64,000 bases of DNA, from positions 1 through 64,000 of the forward strand of contig JANOAV010000204.1 of assembly GCA_031411295.1 (NCBI GenBank), read 5' to 3'. The position numbers and the translations under genes were made by a program. This stretch comes from Verrucomicrobiales bacterium. GTDB taxonomy: Bacteria; Verrucomicrobiota; Verrucomicrobiia; Verrucomicrobiales; V1-33. The notes beneath the pieces were generated by a model. That model saw nothing but the letters and a program-made list of their open reading frames with translations, did no database searches and was not told where the DNA came from. Below, piece after piece: positions 39,658 to 49,390 of this stretch. Every line of letters starts with the position of its first letter. The stretch's first letter is position 1.

Positions 39658-42399
39658 ATGAGCGAACGCTACGATGCCTTTATCAGTTGTGTCAGTGCCG
39701 AATTCCAGCCGGAGCGGGAGCAGATTGCTGCTGAGCTGCGGAAGAAGGGGTGGCATGTTTCCTATCAAGAGGAATTCAGTGCCGGACCGGGCGGCGGGGG
39801 TATTGAGAAATTGAAGCATTACCTGGAGTCCAGCCGCGTCGTCATTTGTTTGGTGGGCGATGCCTATGGTTGGCCGCCGCCGGCGGAGGATCCTCATCGG
39901 GGCAGCGGGCCGGAGCGCAGCCTTACCCAACTGGAATTCGAGTGGGCGTGGGCCAAGCGCGAGTCCACTGGCACAAGCCCGTTCATTGTCGTCTTCACGC
40001 CGGATGACAAATGGACAGCCTACGGCAAAGCCCGCAACACCCGTGACTATCGCATCCCCGATGCCGTCACTGCCGCCCGGCATCAGAATAGCCAGCCGGA
40101 ACACCTGGCGCGCGTTCAGAAGAAACTCTTTACGGAGTCCTTTTCCACCAGCGAGGAACTCATCCGCAAAGTCCTCCATCTGGAACTCCCGCTTCCACCC
40201 CGTGCGCCCATCGTCCACTTGCCCGTCACCAGCCTGGGCGCGGGATTCATCGGACGCCGGACGGACATGGATGTCATTGAGCAACGAGTCGCCCAGCACC
40301 TGGACCGCTTTGCTCAGAACCGGGACCACGTCGAGACTTGGCCGAACCATATTATCCAGGCGTATGGCGGCATGGGGAAGACCCGGCTGGTGTATGAGTA
40401 TGCGCATCGGAATCAGGCGCGGTATCGGGCCGTGTTGGGTATCAGCCTTAGTAGTGCGGCGGATCTGGAGCCGCAATTGGCGTCCTTGGCGGAGGCATTG
40501 CAGCTGGGACTCCCGGCGGAAATGAACGTCGGCCAGCGCTCGGAGCACGTGCTCCAGTGGCTGCACGACCATGCGGGCTGGCTGCTCATCATCGACAACG
40601 TGGACGATCCAGCGGCCTTGCCGGAAATAGAGAACTTATTCTCCCGACTCTCCCACGGCCACGTCCTCCTCACCACGCGACTGGTTGATTGGCATCATGC
40701 CACGGACCTCATCCAGTTGGACTACCTCCCGCTGCCAGAAGCCGCCGATCTCCTGGCCCAATCCGCTGGCCGCCCCACCACCACGGACCGTCCGGCTGCC
40801 GAGTCCCTGGCGCTTTCCCTGGACCGTCTGGCACTGGCCTTGGAAATGGCGGGGCTTTACATGCGGCAGAAAGGAATCGCTTACGCCGCTTATGCCCAGC
40901 TCCTTAGCAAGCAACCGGACTACTACCTGGCCCACGGCCATGAGCAGAGCACCTACCATCAGGAGCTTGCCACCGCTAAGGAATTAAGGAGCCTTTGGAA
41001 AACCCACCGCATCACCTTCGAAGTCCTGCCGAAGCCTGCGCGCTTCCTCTTGGAAACGTTGTCTTACTTCGCCTCCGCGCCCATCCCGGAAAGCCTTTTC
41101 CACCCAGCCCTACTCCCCGCCGCCTGCCTCAGCCCGGACGATCCGCCCGCTCCCGCTGCGGATCAACCTTGCCTGGACCCACCCCAAGCCATCGCCACCC
41201 TCCGCGCCTACGGCTTCCTGGCCGACGTCGCAGATCCTCCCGCCCGCCGCGTCCCCAGCCTCATCCAGATCATCGTCCGGGAAGCTAAAGAAAATCCGCC
41301 ACACCCAGGCGCGCTCCCCGCTGCATTGAAGTGGTTGGACGGGGCCTTCGAGGGCGATCCCCAGGACGTGCGCAGCTGGCCCACGCTAGTCCCGCTGCTG
41401 CCCCATGCCATCGCTGCCGCAGGTTGCGGAGAGAAGCGGGAAATTGCCGAGCCCACCACCCGCCTGTTAAATCACGCTGGCCTACTCCTCTACTCACAAG
41501 CCCAATTCCCCGCCGCCGAGCCCCTTTACCGCAGCGCCCTGAAATTAAATGAAGCCCATTACGGCCCGAATCACAGCGAGGTGGCATCCACCCTCACCAA
41601 CCTCGCGCAATTGCTCAAGGCCACCAACCGTCTGACCGAAGTCGAGCCGATGTTGGAGCGTGTCGTTTCTATTCTTCAGAAAAAAGGAGGAGATCCTTTG
41701 CCAAATTACTCAGGGGCCCTCAACAAACTAGCTCAACTGCTGCCGACTTCCAACCTCCTCACCGAAGCCGAGCCGTCGATGCGCCGGGCGCTGGCCATTG
41801 CTGAAGCCAGCTTCGGCCCGGACCATCCCAATGTGGTCTTCCGCCTCAACAACCTCGCGAGTTTGCTCCAGGCCACCAACCGCCTGACGGAAGCCGAGCC
41901 GCTGATGCGCCGGGCACTGGCCATTGATGAAGCCAGCCTTGGCCCGGACCATCCCAACGTCGCCATCCGCCTCCACAAACTCGCTGGCTTGCTCAAGGTA
42001 ACCAACCGTCTGCCCGAAGCCCAGCTGCTGATGGAGCGTGTGGTCGAAATCTCTGAGAAAGCCTATGGAAAAGATCACCCAAACGTAGCCGCTGTCCTTA
42101 TCAAGCTAGCTCACGTGCTTCAGGCCACCGACCGCCCAACCGAAGCCGAGCCACTGGTGCGCCGAGCGCTAGCCATTGATGAGGCCAGCTTCGGCCCGGA
42201 CCATACCAGTGTGGCCGGAGACCTCAACAACCTCGCGTGCCTGCTCCAGGCCACCAACCGCCTGACCGAAGCCGAGCCGCTGATGCGACGAGCGGTGCAC
42301 ATCTCGACCGCCAGCTTGGGGCCGGAGCATCCGAACACGATCACGGGGCGGAAGAATTTGGCGATATTGCTGGAGGAGATGGATCTGGCTCAAAACTGA
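39658..42399 (+). CDS. NLR-like STAND protein: DUF4062/TIR-like effector + NB-ARC NTPase + 42-aa TPR repeats
   Basis: N-terminal FISCVSAEF..ERE...SLTQLEFEWA; Walker A AYGGMGKT; Walker B LLIIDNVDD; LTTR; repeated ATNRLTEAEPLMRRALAIDEASxGPDHP. Confidence 0.88.
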   Translation: MSERYDAFISCVSAEFQPEREQIAAELRKKGWHVSYQEEFSAGPGGGGIEKLKHYLESSRVVICLVGDAYGWPPPAEDPHRGSGPERSLTQLEFEWAWAKRESTGTSPFIVVFTPDDKWTAYGKARNTRDYRIPDAVTAARHQNSQPEHLARVQKKLFTESFSTSEELIRKVLHLELPLPPRAPIVHLPVTSLGAGFIGRRTDMDVIEQRVAQHLDRFAQNRDHVETWPNHIIQAYGGMGKTRLVYEYAHRNQARYRAVLGISLSSAADLEPQLASLAEALQLGLPAEMNVGQRSEHVLQWLHDHAGWLLIIDNVDDPAALPEIENLFSRLSHGHVLLTTRLVDWHHATDLIQLDYLPLPEAADLLAQSAGRPTTTDRPAAESLALSLDRLALALEMAGLYMRQKGIAYAAYAQLLSKQPDYYLAHGHEQSTYHQELATAKELRSLWKTHRITFEVLPKPARFLLETLSYFASAPIPESLFHPALLPAACLSPDDPPAPAADQPCLDPPQAIATLRAYGFLADVADPPARRVPSLIQIIVREAKENPPHPGALPAALKWLDGAFEGDPQDVRSWPTLVPLLPHAIAAAGCGEKREIAEPTTRLLNHAGLLLYSQAQFPAAEPLYRSALKLNEAHYGPNHSEVASTLTNLAQLLKATNRLTEVEPMLERVVSILQKKGGDPLPNYSGALNKLAQLLPTSNLLTEAEPSMRRALAIAEASFGPDHPNVVFRLNNLASLLQATNRLTEAEPLMRRALAIDEASLGPDHPNVAIRLHKLAGLLKVTNRLPEAQLLMERVVEISEKAYGKDHPNVAAVLIKLAHVLQATDRPTEAEPLVRRALAIDEASFGPDHTSVAGDLNNLACLLQATNRLTEAEPLMRRAVHISTASLGPEHPNTITGRKNLAILLEEMDLAQN

Positions 42400-42430
42400 A
42401 ATCTTGAGTCTTTCCTCTGCCTTCCGCTGC

Positions 42431-42750
42431 GTTCCGAAAGTCACCGGATATTTCTCCTGTGACTATTTCCACGTTCCGAAAGTCGCTGAACATTTCTCCT
42501 GTGACCATTTCCACATTCCGAAAGCCACCGGAGATTTCTCCTACGACCATTTCCACATTCCAAAGGTCACCGAAGATTTCTCCTACGACTATTTCCACGT
42601 TTTGAAAGTCACAGGAGATTTCTCCTACGACCATTTCCACGTTCCGAAGGCCACCGGAGATTTCTCCTGTGATTATTTAGATGTTCTGGAGGTCGCAGGA
42701 GATTTCTCCTGTGACTATATCTACGTTCCGAAGGTCGCTGGAGAAATTTC
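42431..42750. repeat. Tandem array of about 7.5 x 42-bp units, each with internal dyad symmetry
   Basis: Units start at 42431, 42473, 42515, 42557, 42599, 42641, 42683 and 42725; consensus approximately GTTCCGAAAGTCACCGGAGATTTCTCCTGTGACTATTTCCAC. Confidence 0.95.
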
Positions 42751-42935
42751 CGGGGTGGGTGCCGAAGATTTTGACAAAATAGCAGATAGATAGGATGCTA
42801 GGGGCGACACAATAATCACCCTACCTAATACTTCCCTACGCTCGCTGACTTATGGCACGCTATGACTCTGGAATTCGCTACGGTTAGGCGCGCTATGATG
42901 AGGCCAAAACTGAACCCATAACCCATCCGCACACC

Positions 42936-43640
42936 ATGATTACTCTGAATCGTTTCCTGTCGAACCCGTTCGATGATGCCAAAATCAGTCTGAGTGAGTT
43001 GCTCTCCTTCAGCACGGACCACCTGCAGCGGTTGATCGCCAATAACCCGGGCGCGCTCTACAATGCCCGCATCACGGCCACCACCACAGCGCTGGCGGTG
43101 GTGCAAAACTGCACTACGGATGATCAGGTGAAGCTGGGGGTGCGCAAGGCGCGGAAGTTAGTGAAAGATTCATTTCGCGACTCGTTGCCAGGGAAGCTAG
43201 AGAAAATAGCGGCGGTGGTGGTGGCGAAGTTCGGCGGGGGCAGCGGGGAGTTTAACGAATGTTTCCCGCAGGGGCGCACCGTCTTCGGGAAATGCCCGGA
43301 TGACCAAGTGAGCAATCACTTAACCGCGCTGCACACGGCCCTGCTGGTGCATCAGCCGAATCTGGGGGCGCAAGTGGTAGCGGATGCAGCGGGGTTGCTG
43401 AGTGTGTGGACGGCGGTGTATGCGGCCAGTGAATCGTCCTCCGGTGCCAAGACGACGACCGAAGCAGGCAAACGCACGGCCCGGGAAGGGCTGCAATTGC
43501 AACTGTTTCTCAATCTGCTAGAACTGGCGAAGAATAACGCCCGTCAGCCAGAGAAGCTGGACCTCTACATGCGGCAAGCGCTGCTGGAAGACAGGCCGAC
43601 TGCCACCCCGGAAGACCCGCCAGTGCCGCCGACTCCGTAG
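42936..43640 (+). CDS. Helical hypothetical protein with Pro-rich tail
   Basis: 234-aa ORF with plausible codon usage; no motif assigned. Confidence 0.75.
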   Translation: MITLNRFLSNPFDDAKISLSELLSFSTDHLQRLIANNPGALYNARITATTTALAVVQNCTTDDQVKLGVRKARKLVKDSFRDSLPGKLEKIAAVVVAKFGGGSGEFNECFPQGRTVFGKCPDDQVSNHLTALHTALLVHQPNLGAQVVADAAGLLSVWTAVYAASESSSGAKTTTEAGKRTAREGLQLQLFLNLLELAKNNARQPEKLDLYMRQALLEDRPTATPEDPPVPPTP

Positions 43641-43775
43641 TGGGCCTACCAGGAGTGGGGCTTGGCAAGCCGCACACACAGGCTAGTTTACTTCATTTGT
43701 GGTCCCTGCTGCATGACTTATCCGGGAACGCGCGCTTGCCCGCTGGCGGGCATTGCTGGTATGAATGGTGCTTCT

Positions 43776-44831
43776 ATGAAATATTCCCTGCTCCTAGCCA
43801 CCATTTCCCTGACCACTGCCGCCCTCCTCCCTGCGGCACCGACCGCTAAAGATGCGCCTCCGCAGCGATTCGATCTGAGCGCCCGCGCCAGCGTGATCGA
43901 TCCCAAGGCCAAGGAGCATCCAGAGATAGAGTTCACTTTTACCGACAAGAAGGGCAAGCCCACCGACCTGGAGCACGCCTGCGTAGATACCTCTGTGAAG
44001 TCTCAAGGGAAACTGGTGATCTGGCTCATGGGGCACAATCAACCCTTGTTCGAGCGGCTGTCCAGTTACGGGTTGCATGCCATTCAAGTGCATTATGCCA
44101 ATGGTTGGTTCGGACAATTTGGAAAATTACCGACGCCACCGGACGGAGATTTGCTCGGGAAGATTCGCTTGGAAGCCGCCACCGGGGAGGATTTCAGCCC
44201 GCTGGTGACCATCCCCCAACCCGATAGCATCAAGGAGCGGGCGTTTCAGTTTGTGAAGTGGTTGGCCAAGGAGAATCCCCCGGGCAAATGGGAACAATTC
44301 ATCAGTCCAGATGGCAAAGGCCTGCGCTGGGATAAAGTCACGCTGTCCGGCATTTCCCATGGCTCCACCACTGCCGCCCGCTTCGCGAAATATCAGAAGG
44401 TGGACCGGGTCGTCATGCTCTCCGGTCCGCGGGATAATACCGAATCCTGGCAAGCCCTGCCCTCGGCCACGCCCGTGAATCGCTATTTTGGTTTCACCCA
44501 TATTCTGGATAGCGGGTGGACTGGCCATCATTATGATCGCTCCTGGGAGTTGCTAGGGATGGCGCAGTGCGGACCCGTGGTGGACGTGGATCAGGCGAAA
44601 CCACCCTACGGGAACAGTCGTCGCTTGATCACCCATGCGGATGTAAAGAAGGATGACAAACGCGCCCATAGTTCCGCAGCCCCAGGGGGAGCCGCCGTGA
44701 AGGATGCGGCTGGAAAATTCGTCCACGAAGACGTCTGGCGGTATCTTTACACCGGATCCGTGGAAGCCGTCGGCAAGCCCGAAACGGTGGATTTATCCAA
44801 GTGGAAGGTGGCACCCAAGGCAGGCCAGTAG
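43776..44831 (+). CDS. Secreted alpha/beta-hydrolase-fold protein (BPSS1187-like)
   Basis: Signal peptide MKYSLLLATISL; GISHG elbow; SGPRD; AHSS. Confidence 0.7.
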   Translation: MKYSLLLATISLTTAALLPAAPTAKDAPPQRFDLSARASVIDPKAKEHPEIEFTFTDKKGKPTDLEHACVDTSVKSQGKLVIWLMGHNQPLFERLSSYGLHAIQVHYANGWFGQFGKLPTPPDGDLLGKIRLEAATGEDFSPLVTIPQPDSIKERAFQFVKWLAKENPPGKWEQFISPDGKGLRWDKVTLSGISHGSTTAARFAKYQKVDRVVMLSGPRDNTESWQALPSATPVNRYFGFTHILDSGWTGHHYDRSWELLGMAQCGPVVDVDQAKPPYGNSRRLITHADVKKDDKRAHSSAAPGGAAVKDAAGKFVHEDVWRYLYTGSVEAVGKPETVDLSKWKVAPKAGQ

Positions 44832-44833
44832 GC

Positions 44834-45205
44834 TCAAGCCCCACCCCCGGCCCCACCTCCAGCCCCGGACGAACCTGCGGCTCCAGAGCTTTGTTGCTGT
44901 AGCCAATGTTGCAGCACCGCCGGACTGGGAGCGGAGATCCCCTCAGGAAGGCACAGCGAGGCCAGACCATACCCCAACCCGGGCAGATCATTGGTCCAGA
45001 GCAGTTGGCCTGATGCCAAGTCCAGCCCATGCACGCGGCCTTTGCTATGCGCAAATATCGTAGTGCCATCCGTCACCAACGTCACAAAATCATAACCCAT
45101 ACCCCCACCCGGCAGGAACGTGGACCAAAGCTCCCTCCCAGTCCTGCGCGAGAGTGCCGTAACCTTATTTTTGAGCCCCAAAAGAAGTATGTCTGCAATG
45201 TTCAT
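44834..45205 (-). CDS. Small PQQ-like beta-propeller repeat protein
   Basis: ALSRRTGRELWST and GLDLASGQLLWTN repeats; Gly-rich tail. Confidence 0.75.
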   Translation of the reverse strand: MNIADILLLGLKNKVTALSRRTGRELWSTFLPGGGMGYDFVTLVTDGTTIFAHSKGRVHGLDLASGQLLWTNDLPGLGYGLASLCLPEGISAPSPAVLQHWLQQQSSGAAGSSGAGGGAGGGA

Positions 45206-45332
45206 GTGGCATCCATGGCATCGATGGCCTCAATAAACCAGCGCAAAAAACCCCACAAACCAGACCGAACTTCCTCCCTTGCTGAATTCATGAAAGGATG
45301 GTATTTAAGGTAAATTAACTAAATTTCACCTT

Positions 45333-46751
45333 ATGAAAACTCTCCCCCTCATCCTTAGTCTCGCGTTTTTTGGCGTGGTCGGCTGTTCTGATCCCCAAGA
45401 GAAATCGCGGGCCGTGCTCTCCCAGCAGAAGCTGGATTTCTCCGTGGACGACTATTTTACAGCTGCTCGGACCGGTCGATTGGAAGCGGTGGAGGCGTTC
45501 TTGAAAGCTGGCATGAAGCCAGAAGTAACGGATGCGGAGGGCAATACTGCCTTGCTGCTGGCCGCAGCGGCCGGGCATGGACATGTGGTGAATTTCCTGC
45601 TCGCCCAGCATGCCAACCCCAATGCGGTGCGCCAGGATGGCGATACGCCGTTGATCGTAGCCGCGCGCCAGGGGGATCGGGAAGCGGTGCGGGCCTTGCT
45701 GGAGGCAGGCGCAGACCCCAATGCGCGCAACTCCCAGGACTTGAGTCCGCTGGCAGAAGCGGCCCTGGAAGGTCGGGTTGCCGCCATCGAAGTGCTGGGC
45801 CCTCATTCGCGCAGTTCTCTGGATTATTCCCTGCAACTGGCGGCGGTGAAAGGCCGCACCGAAGTCATGGACGCTCTGCTGCGGCACGGAGCCAATGTCC
45901 TGGCGCGCAGTTCAGAGAACCGCACTCCGTTGATGTATGCCGCCAAATATGGCCATCAGGAGGCCGTGCGGCTGCTGCTGGAACGGGGCTCCAATGCCTT
46001 GGCGTTGGATGATGATTTAAAAACTGCCGCCATGCTAGCCGAAGACGAAAACCACGCGGAAGTAGCCGCCATCATTAACGAACCGCGCGAGGTGGCGGAC
46101 GGAGCAGATTTCCCTCGCGTTGGAAGTCTCGGCATGGTCATCGGAGCCTCCAGCCAAGGTGCGGTGGTTCCTGCCGGCACCCTGCCCACACCTGCTAACG
46201 CTCCAGCCCCAGCGCCAACGATGGTGAAACTAAGCGGCCAGGAATTTCCTGAACCCGCCAATTTCAGCAGCATCAAAGATCTCCCCCGGGTGATGAAATT
46301 TGCCACCTATCGTGAACGCCAGTTGCCCTTCATTCTCAAAGGCGTGCCGGAGGACGACTCCGAGGCGCAGGTCCAAGTGCTCACGGGGGATCATCCCGCT
46401 GTGACCGTGCCGGTGGGGAAGACGATCCCCCAGACCGATTTCCAAGTCGTGGCCGCCACGTATCGACTGAAAGCAGCCAAAGGCGGCAAAGGCAAACTCC
46501 TCGATGTCTCCACCATGATGGTGCGCAATCAAAAAAGTGGCGAACGCGTGCTGGCCCAATTGAATCAAGCCGTGACCGCGGCCGACAGCTTCGGCGTGCT
46601 GCGCGATCCCGCCACCGGAGCCACTTGGGAAACGAAAATGGGCGACACCTTCAACGTCGGGGAACGGCATTTTAAAGTGGTGGATGTTAGGCCTACCCAG
46701 GTGCTAGTGGAGGATCGCACCTCCAAGGAAACCGTCGTCATCGAGAAATGA
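45333..46751 (+). CDS. Ankyrin-repeat lipoprotein with beta-rich C-terminal domain
   Basis: Lipobox VVGC; GNTALLLAA, GDTPLIVAA and NRTPLMYAA repeats. Confidence 0.88.
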   Translation: MKTLPLILSLAFFGVVGCSDPQEKSRAVLSQQKLDFSVDDYFTAARTGRLEAVEAFLKAGMKPEVTDAEGNTALLLAAAAGHGHVVNFLLAQHANPNAVRQDGDTPLIVAARQGDREAVRALLEAGADPNARNSQDLSPLAEAALEGRVAAIEVLGPHSRSSLDYSLQLAAVKGRTEVMDALLRHGANVLARSSENRTPLMYAAKYGHQEAVRLLLERGSNALALDDDLKTAAMLAEDENHAEVAAIINEPREVADGADFPRVGSLGMVIGASSQGAVVPAGTLPTPANAPAPAPTMVKLSGQEFPEPANFSSIKDLPRVMKFATYRERQLPFILKGVPEDDSEAQVQVLTGDHPAVTVPVGKTIPQTDFQVVAATYRLKAAKGGKGKLLDVSTMMVRNQKSGERVLAQLNQAVTAADSFGVLRDPATGATWETKMGDTFNVGERHFKVVDVRPTQVLVEDRTSKETVVIEK

Positions 46752-46822
46752 AGCTCCAAAACGCGTTGGATTCGCAGTTGAAATCCTCCCGCCCCTGCGG
46801 AACCTGCGCCCTCCCTGACCCT

Positions 46823-48175
46823 ATGCATTCCTCCTCCAAATTCGCTTTTCTGGCGCGGATCTTTTCCTGCGCCTCCCTGCTGCTGCCCATTTCCCTCATG
46901 GCTCAGACCCGCAACGCCCTGCCGCGTCGGGGGCCATTGCCGGTGGCTCCGGTCGCCCCGGTCGATCCCGCTTCGTTGCCCCAAGGCAGTCCCAGCGCGG
47001 ATCGCGGCAACACCCTCAGCCCTCCTCCAGCGATCGATTGGAAAGAAATCGCGCGCCTCCCCAGCGTGCCAGGATTCGAAACGCAGCCAGGGGTAGCCGG
47101 GATGTTTGCTGGCTCGCAAGGCTTATTCCTGCTCGTGGCGGGCGGTGCCAACTATACCGAGGGGCAGGCGTTGAACGATGCTCCCAAGGCCTATTGGGAT
47201 AAAATTTTCGTCCTCGAAAAAACTCCCAAAGAAGACGGTAACCACCAATACACCTGGCGGCCCTCCGGGTTCGATCTGCCCCAGGCCACCGCCTATGGCG
47301 CATCGGTCACAATCGACGACGGCGTGCTCTGCATCGGCGGCCGTAGCGTGGATCAATGTTTCGCAGATTGCTTCGTCCTGCGATGGAACGCAGCGCAAAG
47401 CAAGGTGGAGAGTCAGCCGTTTCCGAAATTACCCAGCCCGCTCGCCCACATGTCAGCGGCCAGGGTTGGCAACATCGTTTACGTGGTGGGAGGCCGGGAA
47501 ACATCGCATGGCCGGGCCACCAAGACCTTCCTGGCACTGGATTTATCCCAGCAGTCGAATCCCGCTTCCTTCGCCTGGCAGAAACTTCCCGCTTGGGATG
47601 GCCCGGCCCGCATTCATGCGCTGGCCTCGACTGGCACCGATGGAGAGACGGAAAGCCTCTACGTGTGTGGGGGCCGCAACCCCGGGTCCGGAGCGGAAGA
47701 TTTCCTCACGGATCTGCATCGATACGATCCCAAGAAGAAATCGTGGTATGTGCTGGGCGACGCCCTGGATCCTGCGGGAAATACCGCCACCCTGATGGCC
47801 GCACCCGCCTTCTTTGTTCCGCCGCATCACTTGGTAGTCGTCGGCGGCACGGATCAGAAGTTGATCGAACTCATGGAAGACAACGCCCATCGCCAGGCCA
47901 CGCAGGATATGACGGAGTCAGCCGATCGTCGGAAACTCAACCAAATGATCATGGAAAATTTCCCCGGCTACAGCCGCAACGTCATGGCCTTCGACATTAT
48001 CGCCAGCGAGTGGAGCGTCATTAAGACCAACTTCCCAGACCGTCCGCCCGTGGCCACCGTCGTCGTCCCGTGGGATGGAAGTTACGTCATCCCCGGAGGC
48101 GAAACCGGTCCAGGTAAACGCTCCAACAAAATCTGGGAAGCCAGCGTGAAGAAGAAGGCACGCATCATCGAATAG
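46823..48175 (+). CDS. Kelch-repeat protein (NanM / permuted mutarotase-like)
   Basis: VAGGANY, AYGASV, CIGG, VVGG, IPGGETGPGKRS; alternative start at 46748. Confidence 0.8.
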   Translation: MHSSSKFAFLARIFSCASLLLPISLMAQTRNALPRRGPLPVAPVAPVDPASLPQGSPSADRGNTLSPPPAIDWKEIARLPSVPGFETQPGVAGMFAGSQGLFLLVAGGANYTEGQALNDAPKAYWDKIFVLEKTPKEDGNHQYTWRPSGFDLPQATAYGASVTIDDGVLCIGGRSVDQCFADCFVLRWNAAQSKVESQPFPKLPSPLAHMSAARVGNIVYVVGGRETSHGRATKTFLALDLSQQSNPASFAWQKLPAWDGPARIHALASTGTDGETESLYVCGGRNPGSGAEDFLTDLHRYDPKKKSWYVLGDALDPAGNTATLMAAPAFFVPPHHLVVVGGTDQKLIELMEDNAHRQATQDMTESADRRKLNQMIMENFPGYSRNVMAFDIIASEWSVIKTNFPDRPPVATVVVPWDGSYVIPGGETGPGKRSNKIWEASVKKKARIIE

Positions 48176-48185
48176 CCATTCGCTC

Positions 48186-49073
48186 ATGGCCATCCCCGTC
48201 ATTTTACTAGGTTCCCATGGCCTCTTGGGAACCGCCTTCCGTCAAGTGTTGGCAGAGCGGGAAACCTTCGTGGTCCGCGAGTTCGGGCGGGGTGAGTTGA
48301 ACCTAACCAACCCTGCCGCCTTCGAACGCGCCTTGGAAGACGTGGAGTTTTCCGTGTTGATCAATGCCGCCGCCTATACCGCCGTGGACGATTGTGAGAT
48401 CCAAGGGGAACTGGCCTATCTGGTCAATGGTCAGGCCCCCGGCACCCTGGCCCGCATCTGCGCCCGCCGCGGAGCCAGAATGCTGCAATTCAGCACCGAC
48501 TTTGTTTTCGATGGGCTCCAGTCAGAACCCTACGTCGAGACTTCCCCACCCCACCCTGTTTCCGTCTATGGGAAATCAAAATTACTGGGCGAAGAACTCG
48601 TGCAAGCAGCCTCCAGTGATCATGCCATCATCCGCCTCAGTTGGCTCTTCGGCCCCGGCCGGGCGTCATTTCCTGAGTGGGTTATCACGAAGGCGCAGCA
48701 CGCTCCGCAACTGGAAATCGTCTCGGATAAGATCGCCTGCCCCACCTACAGTCTGGACGTAGCGCACGCCTTCCTCCCGTGGATTGCCTCCGCTGCACCA
48801 GCTGGTGGCATCTGGCACTACTGCAATCCTCCCGCCTGCGCCTGGAACGAATACGCCCAGGCCGTGTTGGACAACGCCGCCGCCAATGGCGTGACTCTCG
48901 CCACCCGTGAAATCACCCCCATCAGCATTAGTCAGTTGCCAGGCCTAGTCGCGCGACGCCCACCCTGCTCCGCCCTGTCGGTCGATAAATTTACCGCCGC
49001 CACCGGCAAGGTGCCCCGCCCCTGGCAGGACGCACTCCAGGAATATCTGTGGCACGCGCTCTCTGGCACGTAG
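48186..49073 (+). CDS. rfbD: dTDP-4-dehydrorhamnose reductase
   Basis: GSHGLLG, NAAAYTAVD, STDFVFDG, YGKSKLLGE, RPPCSALS. Confidence 0.93.
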   Translation: MAIPVILLGSHGLLGTAFRQVLAERETFVVREFGRGELNLTNPAAFERALEDVEFSVLINAAAYTAVDDCEIQGELAYLVNGQAPGTLARICARRGARMLQFSTDFVFDGLQSEPYVETSPPHPVSVYGKSKLLGEELVQAASSDHAIIRLSWLFGPGRASFPEWVITKAQHAPQLEIVSDKIACPTYSLDVAHAFLPWIASAAPAGGIWHYCNPPACAWNEYAQAVLDNAAANGVTLATREITPISISQLPGLVARRPPCSALSVDKFTAATGKVPRPWQDALQEYLWHALSGT

Positions 49074-49152
49074 AGATCGCAGTCAGCAACTACGGCCTCG
49101 CCCATGCTGCTCCAATGCTGGCATCCCAGCTGGCAACTCGAAATAAGACGAA

Positions 49153-49334
49153 TTTGAACAGAAGTTAGGAAGGATGCAAAGAAAGCCCGCCTAACCTCCA
49201 ATCCAAATCTTCTGTCTTTCCTTCCCATCTTCTGTTCCAAACCCCACACCCGCACGGCCATAAGAATCCCACGGCAGATTCGGACACAAGTTAGGAAGGA
49301 TTGAAAGAAAACCCGCAACCTCCAACCCACATCT
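49153..49334. repeat. REP-like element (TTTGAACAGAAG...CTTCTGTTC type) plus a partial direct copy
   Basis: Inverted ends at 49153 and 49241; the left half AAGTTAGGAAGGAT..AAAGAAA.CCCGC..AACCTCCAA recurs at about 49277-49334. Confidence 0.7.
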
Positions 49335-49390
49335 GCTTTTCATTCGAGTCTCGCCCTGCAAAAGTGGCGGGGGCACATACCTGCCCGCCA

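Noticed and set aside
37461..42399. Diversity-generating retroelement (RT + template repeat 39324-39470 + variable repeat at the TPR gene end)
   Set aside because: Only 5 of 25 differences fall at adenines of the putative template and many are synonymous. The RT is retron-like with its own msr/msd, and no Avd-like gene is present.
42431..42750. CRISPR array
   Set aside because: The units are contiguous and homologous along their whole length, with no unique spacers and no cas genes in the window
42341..42793. ORFs 42404-42793 (+) and 42341-42640 (-) as real genes
   Set aside because: Open frames are expected in a 42-bp repeat, and the substitutions are not preferentially synonymous in these frames
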